64,000 nt of DNA from Acetivibrionales bacterium (GCA_050953835.1 JBMNNH010000009.1:12944-76943), one strand, 5' to 3'; positions 9,250 through 19,427 are shown, counted from the stretch's first letter. The notes: generated from the sequence alone by a model not told the origin. Program-made: numbers and translations.

Positions 9250-10600
9250 TGTTCTGTTAACTTAATAATAAAATGAGACCTGAAACGCCTCTGGTATAAT
9301 GGAATCGTCAAAAAACACATTATCTCCCAGAAAGGAGCGTTCAAGTCTCATGACTATTATACCATCTAACGTAGTATGTCCAAGGTGTTTTTCAAAAGTT
9401 CTTAACCGTTTTGGTAAGGACAAGGAGGGTTACCAAAAATATCAGTGTCAACATTGTAAGCGTCAGTTCGCTCCAGATAACCCTACTTCCAATTCACAAT
9501 CGAGAAAAAGAAAATATCCTGATTGCCCGATTTGCGGTAAAGCAACTTTTCTTCACCATGACTATACTTATTACTCAAACTTCCGGTGTGGTGATAAAAA
9601 AATGTAACCATTCCTTTAGAGTTCCGAAGCTTATTAACGTGGAACCACCTTCTTCTGAATTGAACCCACAAAGCTTTTCTTTTAAAGGAATGCGTCATTC
9701 TCTCCACATTGTTCTTTGTGCCCTTAATTACTACTTTTGCGGTAATTCAACCACCCGCAAGGTTTCCCAGATCTTATACATGGTTCATCAGATTAAAGTC
9801 TCACATGTTACCATCTCGAAATGGATTAAGCGCTTTGCCCCGGTATTTAAAAAGATCGCCACAGATCGGCTTTTGGGGATTAAGCTCTGCGATTCGGATG
9901 AATGGCATTTCGATGAAACCTATATCAAAATTTCTGGGAAAGATTATTATCTCTGGCTTGCCATTGATTCCGAAACCAGATTAGTTCTTGATTTTCATCT
10001 TTCTCCTAACCGTGATTCATCCGCTGCTCATACCCTTTTATCAAGCTGTAAAAGAAATTTCGGACAACCTCAATCCGCTGTAATTTCTGATCGATATTAT
10101 GCCTATCAACAGCCTGCTTCTCTGTTCTTCCCAGAGGCCAAACATATTTGTGTGGAAGACTTTGATGATTTAATCAACAACAATGTTATAGAGGCTTTTA
10201 ACGGGCAATTCAAAGCGTGGTACAAACCTAAAAGAGGCTTTAATTCATTCGAATCTGCCAACCGGCTCATTGCTACATACATTTTCTTTTACAACTTCGT
10301 TCGTCCTCATTTGAGTCTCAATGGTTTAACACCGGCTCAAGTTGCCGGAGTTAAATACTCAAAACGCGAACGGCTCTTCTGGTTATTGGTAGCTTGAGTA
10401 ATATTCAGATTTCAAGGTTCATTCCGTCCTGCGCTGTGCCAGGACTATTTGTGCTACCTTAATTAGAACTTTTAAGGGTTGCACATCACTTTTTTTCATG
10501 TTACTTTGTTCTTAGTCGTTTCCATTAGTAGGCTTTTTTCTTTTTAAGCTCTACCAAAGGTCTTTCAGGTCTCATTTCTTCATACTTAGTTAACAGAACC
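9250..10600 (+). mobile_element. IS6-family insertion sequence
   Basis: Terminal IRs (T/G)GTTCTGTTAACT...AAATGAGACCTGAAA; 8-bp target duplication AATACTAT at 9242-9249 and 10601-10608. Confidence 0.92.
9350..10397 (+). CDS. IS6-family DDE transposase with N-terminal Zn fingers (one extra A in the run at 9596-9602)
   Basis: CPRC, CQHC and CPIC motifs; WHFDETYIKI, ISDRY and NNVIEAFN DDE motifs. Confidence 0.9.
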
Positions 10601-10616
10601 AATACTATTATTATTA

Positions 10617-10642
10617 GACGTTTAATATCAATATAAGTTACA
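10617..10642 (-). promoter_or_regulatory. ECF sigma (SigX/M/W/V-type) promoter of the Ig-like lipoprotein gene, now separated from it by IS6
   Basis: TGTAAC-N16-CGTC on the minus strand. Confidence 0.65.
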
Positions 10643-10693
10643 AAATTATATAAAATCTTGTATCAAGAAATAGGGTAAGTCGAAAGGAAAAAT

Positions 10694-10742
10694 AAAATCC
10701 CGTAGCAAATGAAGATTTCTCCTGCATTTGCTACGGGATTTT
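10694..10742 (-). terminator. Rho-independent terminator downstream of glmS
   Basis: 18-bp inverted repeat AAAATCCCGTAGCAAATG...CATTTGCTACGGGATTTT. Confidence 0.85.
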
Positions 10743-10811
10743 GAAGCGAACTTTATTTTTATAGAGCGAAGTCTATTTTTATGGAGCGGAGTTTGTTTGA
10801 GTTATACGCAA

Positions 10812-10861
10812 GACATAGAACCGTCCCCTGTCTTACCCGTCCCCTGTCTTACACTGTCTTA
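10812..10861 (-). repeat. Three nested REP-like copies starting at the glmS stop codon
   Basis: Minus strand: TAAGACAGTG / TAAGACAGGGGACGGG / TAAGACAGGGGACGGTTCTATGTC; the first TAA is the glmS stop. Confidence 0.9.
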
Positions 10862-12685
10862 TTCCACCGTCACACTCTTGGCCAGGTTCCTTGGTTTATC
10901 TACATCACAGCCTTTGAGGACAGCCATGTAATACGCAAACAACTGCAAAGGAGTAATGGCTGCTATGGGGGCAACTACAGGGTCTACATCCGGTATAGTT
11001 ATTATTGTATCCGCTACTTCTTCAACCCTCTTTTTATTGTATTGCTGTGTTATAGCAAGGACTACAGCTCCACGAGCCTTTACTTCCTTGACATTGCTCA
11101 CCATTTTATCCAGCAGGTGATCCTGTGTCATAGGGCATACAACAAGGGTTCCTTCTTCAATAAGGGCTATCGTACCATGTTTCAGTTCCCCTCCCGCATA
11201 GGCCTCAGAATGGATATAGGATATTTCCTTGAGTTTTAATGAACCTTCCATGGACAAAGCGAAGTCAAGTCCTCTTCCAATAAAAAATATACTGTTTGCA
11301 TTGTAATGCTGTGAAGCAAATTTCTGTATATCTTCCCCATCCGAAAGTACACTTTCTATTGCAGCCGGAATATCTTTCAATCCCTGGATAACCCTATTGT
11401 ATGTTTCATAGTCAATATTGCCCTTTTTATAAGCCAGATCCATTGCAATAAGATACAGGGCAGAAAGCTGGGTGTTGTATGCCTTTGTAGACGCAACAGC
11501 AATTTCAGGCCCTGCCCATGTATAAAGAACATCATCAGACTCCCTTGCAATTGAGCTTCCTACCACATTAACAATTGACAGTATCCTTGCTCCTTTGCGC
11601 TTCGCTTCTCTTAATGCAAACAGAGTGTCAATGGTTTCGCCTGACTGGCTAATTATTATTACCAGAGTTCTTTGATTTACTATGGGGTCACGGTACCTGA
11701 ATTCAGAAGCTATATCTACTTCAGACGGGATTCTGGCAAACTGTTCTATCAGGTATTTTCCTATAACACCTGCATGGGATGCAGTACCGCATGCAACTAT
11801 AAAAATCTTATCAATGTTCTCCAGGTCTTGTGCAGTGATGTTTATATTATCCAATTTGATTTTCCCATCCAGCAGTCTAGGATTAATAGTATCTCTGACA
11901 ACATTTGGCTCTTCACATATCTCCTTCATCATAAAATGTTTATATCCTGATTTTTCAGCAGCCGAAACATCCCAGTCAACATGAAAAATCTCTTTCTGTA
12001 TTTTCAAACCATAGTTGTTGAAAATTTTAACTTCATTTCTGCTTAAGGATACCACTTCCTTGTCCTCAAGGATATAAATATTCCTCGTATACTCAAGAAT
12101 GGCTGGAATGTCCGATGCTATATAGTTTTCTCCTTCACCCAGCCCAACAATAAGAGGGCTATCCTTCCTTGCAGCAACAATCTCATCCTTGCAGTCCTTG
12201 CACAATACCCCCAAGGCATAAGAGCCTTCAAGCTCATTGATTGAGTCAATAACAGCCTGTACAAGGTCACCGTTGTAGTGATATTCCACAAGGTGGGCGA
12301 TTACTTCAGTATCTGTATCCGATACAAACTTATATCCCTGGGATTGCAAAAACCCCTTTAGCTTTAAATAATTCTCAATTATTCCATTGTGTACAACAGC
12401 AATTTTCCCTGACCAGCTTATATGAGGATGTGAATTTACATCATTAGGTTCACCATGGGTTGCCCATCTTGTATGCCCTATGCCTGCACTTCCTTCCAAA
12501 ACCTCTTTACCGGCTTTTTCCTCAAGACAGCTAAGCCTCCCCTTGCATTTTACAACCTTTAAACTATCATCATTGTAAATTGCAATGCCCGCGGAGTCAT
12601 AGCCCCTGTATTCCAGTTTTTTTAAACCGTTTATAAGAATAGGCGCAGCTTTCTTTACGCCAATATACCCAACTATTCCACACAT
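10859..12685 (-). CDS. glmS: Glutamine--fructose-6-phosphate aminotransferase
   Basis: MCGIVG start with AGGAGG RBS, LEYRGYDSAG, GHTRWATHG and PRNLAKSVTVE end. Confidence 0.99.
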   Translation of the reverse strand: MCGIVGYIGVKKAAPILINGLKKLEYRGYDSAGIAIYNDDSLKVVKCKGRLSCLEEKAGKEVLEGSAGIGHTRWATHGEPNDVNSHPHISWSGKIAVVHNGIIENYLKLKGFLQSQGYKFVSDTDTEVIAHLVEYHYNGDLVQAVIDSINELEGSYALGVLCKDCKDEIVAARKDSPLIVGLGEGENYIASDIPAILEYTRNIYILEDKEVVSLSRNEVKIFNNYGLKIQKEIFHVDWDVSAAEKSGYKHFMMKEICEEPNVVRDTINPRLLDGKIKLDNINITAQDLENIDKIFIVACGTASHAGVIGKYLIEQFARIPSEVDIASEFRYRDPIVNQRTLVIIISQSGETIDTLFALREAKRKGARILSIVNVVGSSIARESDDVLYTWAGPEIAVASTKAYNTQLSALYLIAMDLAYKKGNIDYETYNRVIQGLKDIPAAIESVLSDGEDIQKFASQHYNANSIFFIGRGLDFALSMEGSLKLKEISYIHSEAYAGGELKHGTIALIEEGTLVVCPMTQDHLLDKMVSNVKEVKARGAVVLAITQQYNKKRVEEVADTIITIPDVDPVVAPIAAITPLQLFAYYMAVLKGCDVDKPRNLAKSVTVE

Positions 12686-12890
12686 AGTAATTGACCTCCT
12701 GGATTCAAATTTTTGATGTAGGGACATGCGTTTATTGGCTTTGGACAAAAGTCCTCCCCGGCCGCTTATTACCGCGATATCCCCAAACTGAGCAATATGC
12801 CCAAACGCCATTTCACACAATTCAATTGCATAGAAATAGCTTTCTCAGATGTTTCAAAACATAATGGAATTATAATTTGAATAGAACAGG

Positions 12891-13076
12891 ATTGCCAATC
12901 CAGCTCACTTTGTACCACAGTTGCCTGTAGTCTTTGTAGAGCCTTAACGGCCTTGGCAAGCCGGAAGGTTTCCGCCGAAAACTCGATAACTCACATTACA
13001 TCTGATAACCAACACTATATAATGTGACCTCCTTCCCCTCGTCAACAGGAATAATATCTCCTGTCCAGGCGCTTAT
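12891..13076 (-). ncRNA. glmS ribozyme (GlcN6P-activated), with an atypical hairpin insertion
   Basis: AGCGCC-P1-UGACGAGG...UUAUCGAG..UCGGCGG core; P2 GGAAGG/CCUUCC; P4 ACUACAG-GCAA-CUGUGGU; pseudoknot UUGCCAA/UUGGCAA. Confidence 0.93.
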
Positions 13077-13139
13077 AATACTCACTATCCTCCTTTCAAT
13101 TTCTCGCATAATCCTGTTATTTAGCATCACCTCCTTCAT

Positions 13140-14489
13140 TCATGCCAATCTTTCTTCAATAATCCTTGTAAGCTCAGATGCTTTTCTTGTTATGTACTCA
13201 AGATCCTTACCCTCAATCATTACCCTTACAAGCGGTTCTGTACCCGAAGGCCTTATAAGAACCCTTCCTTCCCCATTAAACTCCTCTTCAAGTTCTGAAC
13301 ACATCCTTGCCACTATTTCATCCTCAAGGAATTTGTTTTTATTACTGTTCTTTACCTTTGCGTTTTTTAATACCTGAGGGAAAACATCCATGACTCCCGC
13401 AAGTTCAGAAATCTTCCTTCCGGACTTTTTAAAGACACTCAATAGCTGGATTGCAGTTATAAGCCCATCACCAGTAGTATTATAATCGAGGAATATTATA
13501 TGCCCGGACTGCTCTCCACCAAGCGTATAACCACCTCTAAGCATTTCTTCAAGTACATATCTGTCTCCGACTTTGGTTTTTACTATTTTGAGGTTTTTCC
13601 TTCTCGCCATAACATCCAGTCCCAGATTGCTCATCACTGTGGCCACAATAGTATTGTCTTTCAGCCTGCCTTCCTTGTATAGCTCCATCCCAATAATAGC
13701 CATTATCTTATCTCCGTCAAGAACCTGACCGTTTTCATCAACAGCAAGTACCCTGTCAGCATCTCCGTCAAATGCAAGGCCAATATCCGCTCTGCATTGT
13801 TTTACAAATTCCTGCAGCTGTTCTATGTGAGTTGAACCACAGTTCTTATTAATATTTAAACCGTTAGGCTGATTGTTAATAACATAAACGCAAGCCCCCA
13901 GTTCTTCCAGTGCAGCTGGCGCAACTCTATATGATGCTCCGTTTGCACAATCAACAGCAATTTTAATGCCTTTCAAATCACCGTCTATGGTGCTTTTAAC
14001 AAAAGATATGTAATCCTTCTCAGCTGAGTCCATAGTCTTCCTCATGCCAATGCTCTTTCCTGTTGGCTTCGGAATCTTACCACTGTTATCCATCAGCACG
14101 GCCTCAATCTTTTCCTCTATAGCATCAGGTAGTTTGTAGCCCTTGTTGTCAAAAAACTTTATGCCGTTGAACTCATATGGATTGTGGGAGGCAGAAATTA
14201 CAACACCAGCATCCGCTTTATACTTCCTGGTAAGATATGCGACAGCAGGCGTAGGTATTACTCCCAGGCACACCGCCTGTGCGCCTACAGAACATATTCC
14301 GGCAACAAGAGCCGACTCCAGCATGCTGCCTGAAACTCTTGTATCCATTCCCACCAGTATTTTGGGTGAATGTTTTGTCTCAGCATTCAAAACAAAAGCC
14401 CCTGCCTGGCCGAGTTTATATGCCAATTCAGCAGTTAACTCCTCATTTGCCACTCCTCTGACACCGTCTGTCCCAAAAAATTGCCCCAT
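13140..14489 (-). CDS. glmM: Phosphoglucosamine mutase
   Basis: [23 protein letters not shown] and GGEQSGH motifs. Confidence 0.98.
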   Translation of the reverse strand: MGQFFGTDGVRGVANEELTAELAYKLGQAGAFVLNAETKHSPKILVGMDTRVSGSMLESALVAGICSVGAQAVCLGVIPTPAVAYLTRKYKADAGVVISASHNPYEFNGIKFFDNKGYKLPDAIEEKIEAVLMDNSGKIPKPTGKSIGMRKTMDSAEKDYISFVKSTIDGDLKGIKIAVDCANGASYRVAPAALEELGACVYVINNQPNGLNINKNCGSTHIEQLQEFVKQCRADIGLAFDGDADRVLAVDENGQVLDGDKIMAIIGMELYKEGRLKDNTIVATVMSNLGLDVMARRKNLKIVKTKVGDRYVLEEMLRGGYTLGGEQSGHIIFLDYNTTGDGLITAIQLLSVFKKSGRKISELAGVMDVFPQVLKNAKVKNSNKNKFLEDEIVARMCSELEEEFNGEGRVLIRPSGTEPLVRVMIEGKDLEYITRKASELTRIIEERLA

Positions 14490-14682
14490 CGCAGTACCCC
14501 CTCTATGTGCTTAAACAGAATTTCACTATAGGCTTTTCTATACTTCTAATTCATTTTTATTATCAATGATTTTTATTATATCTTTTTGAGTTTCTTTCCA
14601 CAAGCACAATTATATTACAAAATGGTTAAAGCATATAACAACACGCATAGTATTATATTAAATATTTAACAATATTGTTACT

Positions 14683-16271
14683 TCAAATCGGTTTAAATGT
14701 CCTGACAATCTGCTCTGCAATCCTTATGCCATCCACGGCGGCACTAACTATCCCTCCTGCATATCCCGCACCTTCCCCAGCGGGATATAATCCCTTTATC
14801 CCCTCTGCTTCAAAGGTTTCTCCCCTTGGTATCCTTACAGGAGATGAAGTTCTCGTTTCCACACCTGTCAGTACGGCGTCATTCATTCCAAAGCCCTTAA
14901 CTTTCATATCAAAATATGGTATACTCTCTTTCATTGCGTTTGTTATAAAACCCGGAAGGCATCTGTTTTATGTCATAAACTCTTGTATTTCCAGTATAGC
15001 TTGGCTTAACATCCCCAAGCATTCCCGGTCCAATCCCGTCAATGAAATCTTTCAGCCTTTGTACGGGTGCACAATTCCCGCCTCCACCAGCTCTATAGGC
15101 AAGTCTTTCCCATTTCCTTTGAAACTCAATTCCGGCCAAAGGATGGGTTCCTTCAAAGTCATCCGGGCTTACTGACACAACCAAAGCACTGTTTGCATTA
15201 TCCCCTGTTCCGTGCAAATTCACTCATACCATTAGTGACTATAGACTTATACTCAGAGGCCGAAGCCACCACAATACCTCCAGGGCACATACAAAATGAA
15301 TAAACAGTGCGGTTTCCAGTTTTGTAGAATAGCTGGTAATCTGCCGGCCCAAGCTTATAATGTCCTGCAGCGCCCCCGTATTGGGCTTTATCAATAACCT
15401 CCTGGGGATGTTCTATCCTGACTCCAATAGAAAAAGCTTTCTGGATGAATTTGATACCTTCATTAAAAAGTTCCTCATATGTATCCCTGGCGCTATGGCC
15501 TATGGCAAGTACAACTACCTCTGCATCAATTGCTTCATTCCCATTCACCATAACGCCTTTTACTTTTCCATTCTTAGTAATTAATGATGTGAGTTTTGAA
15601 TTGAACCTGAATTCTCCTCCATAGCTCTCTATCTTTCTCCGCATATTGGCCACAACAGTTTTTAGAACATCAGAGCCAATATGAGGCCTAGCTTTGTACA
15701 GGATTTCCTCATGGCCACCGCATTTATAAAACTCTTCAAGAACTATGCCGCATCTGCGGTCATTTATCCTGGTTGTCAGCTTGCCGTCAGAAAATGTACC
15801 CGCTCCGCCTTCCCCGAACTGTACATTTGTATCAGTATCAAGATAGCCTTTTTCCCAATACCTGTTTACTATCTCAGTCCTTTTTTCTACACATTCACCA
15901 CGCTCCAGTATAATGGGTTTATATCCGTTCCTGGACAAAACAAGGCCGGCAAATAATCCTGCCGGACCGCTTCCCACTACAACCGGTCTTGTGTTTAACT
16001 GAGTACTACCAGGAATCAATTCCTCTGTGGCTTCCTCTTTAATCACTTTTATATCATTATTATCAGGTATTTTTGTACTGCCTTCAATCTCAACAACTAC
16101 AGAATAGACAATACATATGTTGGATTTTTTTCTGGCATCTATAGACTCTTTAGCTATTTTAAATCTCAAAAACTCGCTCTCATCAATTCCCAGCCTTTTA
16201 GCAGCCTTTTTCTTTAACACCCCGCTGCTGTCATCAAGTCCTAACCTTATGCCGTTTATAATAATTTTCAT
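14683..16271 (-). CDS. FAD-dependent oxidoreductase (COG2509-like), split by two homopolymer indels
   Basis: VVGSGPAGLF, QFGEGGAGTFSDGKL, SFCMCPGG and GEGAGYAGGI motifs; removing one G (15202-15205) and one A (14966-14969) restores a single frame. Confidence 0.88.
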
Positions 16272-17488
16272 GGCTCAATTTGTGTTCTTCCAACTCTGAC
16301 CTGAATATCTATATTTTGTACCATTTCAACCCCGTAAGGCACTTGAACAGCCAAAGGCAGTACATGGGTTCCCTCATCCAGCCCGTCTACATTTACATAT
16401 GGCCTGATGTTTTCCAGATCCAGGTTGTGAAGCACTTGTTCCCTTCCTTTGACCTCGAATGTAACTGTCGGACTCACAATATCATAATTATATATATTAT
16501 TAGAGTCTGTATTTCTTAAACTAATATTCTCTTTTGATACTGTAAATTCCTTCTTTACAATCCTGTCTACATCTATGGAAACCGAAACCTCTTTAGGCGA
16601 GTTTACAAGCCACACTCCTTCGGGCAGGGAAATCAAACTGTTCACATTCACATCTTCAGTTGCTCCGCTTATATCAATTACTTCAGTTTCCAACCTGTTA
16701 ACACCTTCCAGCAAACTATACTGACCGGAAATCAGTACCCTTTTGGGATTCATATCCCGTGATACTTCGATATAGTCCTGGGCAGGACTGCCTTTTAATA
16801 CAAGTTCCACAGTAACTTCTTTAGCAAGCTCCACACTCACATCCACATTGAGATTCCTGCTAAGTGAAGGAATTTCATCACCATTCTTATTGTATACCTT
16901 TAATTCCTTATTAACTGTAAGACCTTCATTCACGTTATTTATATCCACAACCAGTTTAACCGATCCGATACTGCTAACCAGAGACTCAACATCCCTGAAT
17001 TTAAAGCTGTCAGGTGAATGGGTAACATTCAATACTCTGTAGTTTTCCTTCAGTTTGCTGTTTACTATAGCTTCTACAGGGAATGTCGCTTCTACCACCT
17101 TTTCAAGCTGCACCTCAATGGTTCGCGGACTGACACTTACAATACTAATATCCCTGATATCATAGTAAGGGCCTTCAATCCTTATACGATTGTCTTTTTC
17201 AGTCTTTACATTGGAAAAGTCCAGGACAGCAAAAAAATCACTCGGCCTTACACTGTCTATTACTTCCTTCCGTCCCCTGACTGTTATATCTATACTGTTC
17301 TCAAAGTTCTCATTTTTCAATACAAGGCCCTTGTCCTCAAGGGATTCCACATTTTCTATGTTCAGTTTTACCGATAGTGTCTTGGTATCATAGGGGTTTT
17401 CAACATTCAGTACATAAATCCAGAGTAAAATAGCTAAAACCACGGAAACTATTTTTATTGAGATGTCCTTTTTCAGTAGTTCATTCAT
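16268..17488 (-). CDS. cdaR: CdaR/YbbR-domain regulator of diadenylate cyclase
   Basis: N-terminal TM segment (IVSVVLAILLWIYV), repeated beta-rich YbbR domains, overlaps cdaA. Confidence 0.93.
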   Translation of the reverse strand: MNELLKKDISIKIVSVVLAILLWIYVLNVENPYDTKTLSVKLNIENVESLEDKGLVLKNENFENSIDITVRGRKEVIDSVRPSDFFAVLDFSNVKTEKDNRIRIEGPYYDIRDISIVSVSPRTIEVQLEKVVEATFPVEAIVNSKLKENYRVLNVTHSPDSFKFRDVESLVSSIGSVKLVVDINNVNEGLTVNKELKVYNKNGDEIPSLSRNLNVDVSVELAKEVTVELVLKGSPAQDYIEVSRDMNPKRVLISGQYSLLEGVNRLETEVIDISGATEDVNVNSLISLPEGVWLVNSPKEVSVSIDVDRIVKKEFTVSKENISLRNTDSNNIYNYDIVSPTVTFEVKGREQVLHNLDLENIRPYVNVDGLDEGTHVLPLAVQVPYGVEMVQNIDIQVRVGRTQIEP

Positions 17489-18363
17489 TTAGGCTTCACC
17501 TTCCATAAAGACAACCTTTTTGCAGGATTATTCTTATCCAGTAAATTCTTGCTAAGTGCCTTCCTTAATGTATCTGCTGTCAGATTCCTTGTCAGACCGC
17601 CGTTCAATGCAAAGGAGATTTTCCCTGACTCTTCTGAAACAACAATGGCAATAGAATCAGATATCTCAGTAATTCCCAATGCTGCCCTATGCCTTGTCCC
17701 AAGCTCCTTGCTCAGGTCCAGGTTATCCGTAAGTGGCAAAAAGCAGGCCGCAGCTTTAATTTTATTATCCCTTATAATCACAGCTCCGTCATGCAGTGGC
17801 GTATTGGGAGAAAAAATATTTACCAGCAACTCCGCAGATATATTTGAATCTAACAGAACTCCGGTTTTGATGATTTCTCCTACTTTTGTATCCTTCTCAA
17901 TAACAATCAGTCCGCCTGTATATGTTTTGGACAGTTGCACGCAGGCTTTAATCAATTCATCTATAACCGCACTGGTTTGAACGCGCCTGCTTACCTCATC
18001 AAAACTGAACAAATCCCTGAACCTGCTTCTTCCTATCTGTTCAAGCCCTCTTCTTAGCTCCGGCTGAAAGAGTATAACAAAGGAAATTGCAGCAATGGAT
18101 ATTGTGTTGCTTAAAATATATGATATGGTTTTAAGGCCTAACAGTTTGCTTAATTCCGAAGCAATAAGTATAACCAGTATGCCTTTTATCAACTGCCATG
18201 CCCTCGTTTCTTTGACAAGCACTATAACCTTATATATTGCATAGGAAACTATTCCAATATCAATGATAGATTGGACCACTGATAAAGGGCTCTTATTAAA
18301 ACCCAAATATCCGGCAAAATTATTGATCAGGTCATTAAAATTTATATTGTTGAAAAAGTCCAA
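17485..18363 (-). CDS. cdaA: Diadenylate cyclase CdaA
   Basis: Three TM segments, FQPELRRGLE, PLHDGAVII and GTRHRAA motifs. Confidence 0.98.
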   Translation of the reverse strand: MDFFNNINFNDLINNFAGYLGFNKSPLSVVQSIIDIGIVSYAIYKVIVLVKETRAWQLIKGILVILIASELSKLLGLKTISYILSNTISIAAISFVILFQPELRRGLEQIGRSRFRDLFSFDEVSRRVQTSAVIDELIKACVQLSKTYTGGLIVIEKDTKVGEIIKTGVLLDSNISAELLVNIFSPNTPLHDGAVIIRDNKIKAAACFLPLTDNLDLSKELGTRHRAALGITEISDSIAIVVSEESGKISFALNGGLTRNLTADTLRKALSKNLLDKNNPAKRLSLWKVKPK

Positions 18364-18528
18364 TACACCTCACACCTCTTTATGCAAAAATAAAATAGCG
18401 CTTATCCATTATACACATACAAAACTTTAGCAAACGTGATAAAAGTTACTTACTGCTACTTTAAATTATACATTAAATTATACATACTTTCATTCCAATA
18501 TAAAAATTTTTTTATTTTTCATAAAAAA

Positions 18529-19395
18529 CTATACATTCCCCAGGTATACGTATTTAAGATGTTCCAAAGCCTTTTCCTTTGCCCTGGCTAATGTCGCTAC
18601 CGGTGTCGGATGCCTGTCTGTCATTTTGTAGTTTGGGAAAAACCTGGACAAATGCAGTGGAATATCAGGCGATATTCGGGCAATCCATCTGGCTATACGA
18701 TCTATTTGTTCCATATCATCGTTTAAGTCCGGAATTATTAATGTTGTCACTTCAACATGACACCTTTTTGCTGCAATTTCAACAGTCTTTTTTACATTAT
18801 CAAGTGATGCCTTGCATATTCCCTTATAAAAAGAAGTTGTGAAAGCCTTAACATCAATATTCATAGCATCTATAAAAGGCAGCAAATTAATAAGGGGTTC
18901 TTCATTGATAAAACCATTTGTGACAAGTACATTTACAAGGCCATAACCTTTCACCAGCTTTGAAGTTTCATAAACAAATTCGTACCATATAGCAGGCTCA
19001 TTATAAGTATACGCCAAGCCAATATTTCCAATACTACGGGTTTCCAGTACCTTGTCTGCAAGGCTGTGGGGAGAAGTGCGTATTAAATGAGGATTTTCAT
19101 GAGCAATACTCCAGTTTTGACAAAAAGAACACTTCATATTGCACCCAAAGCTTCCTGCCGACAGTATTAATGACCCTGGCCTAAACCTGTTCAAAGGCTT
19201 CTTTTCTATTGGATCCAGTGAAATCGATGATATCTTTCCATAGTTTAATGAGCAAAGGCTTCCAGCATTGTTTTTCCGTGCACGACAAGCCCCTAAATCC
19301 CCATCCCTGATTACACAGTTATGGGGGCAGAGACTACAATGAACCTTATTACCTTCAATTCTATCATAATACATGGCTTCCTTGCCCATATCCAT
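18529..19395 (-). CDS. amrS: AmmeMemoRadiSam system radical SAM enzyme
   Basis: CxLCPHxC N-terminus, DPIEKKPL, GCNMKCSFCQNWSI and YTYNEP motifs. Confidence 0.93.
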   Translation of the reverse strand: MDMGKEAMYYDRIEGNKVHCSLCPHNCVIRDGDLGACRARKNNAGSLCSLNYGKISSISLDPIEKKPLNRFRPGSLILSAGSFGCNMKCSFCQNWSIAHENPHLIRTSPHSLADKVLETRSIGNIGLAYTYNEPAIWYEFVYETSKLVKGYGLVNVLVTNGFINEEPLINLLPFIDAMNIDVKAFTTSFYKGICKASLDNVKKTVEIAAKRCHVEVTTLIIPDLNDDMEQIDRIARWIARISPDIPLHLSRFFPNYKMTDRHPTPVATLARAKEKALEHLKYVYLGNV

Positions 19396-19427
19396 ACTCC
19401 CTCTTAAATATTACTTATTCAGCTTCA

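Noticed and set aside
9590-9610. Programmed ribosomal frameshift in the IS6 transposase
   Set aside because: Joining the frames needs +1 rather than the usual -1, IS6 transposases are normally single ORFs, and similar homopolymer indels occur throughout the window.
10600-10900. Tn7-like transposon at attTn7 downstream of glmS
   Set aside because: No tns genes, and I could not identify paired TGT...ACA ends with a 5-bp duplication; the DNA after the stop codon is the REP-like repeat.
12686-12820. 45-aa N-terminal extension of GlmS given by the ORF track
   Set aside because: GlmS needs an N-terminal Cys after Met removal, and MCGIVG at 12685 has a strong RBS.
17270-17279. CCGTCCCCTG matches to the REP-like core in cdaR (and in galK at 48557-48566)
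   Set aside because: Only 10 nt, inside conserved coding sequence and without the flanking hairpin arms; likely chance.
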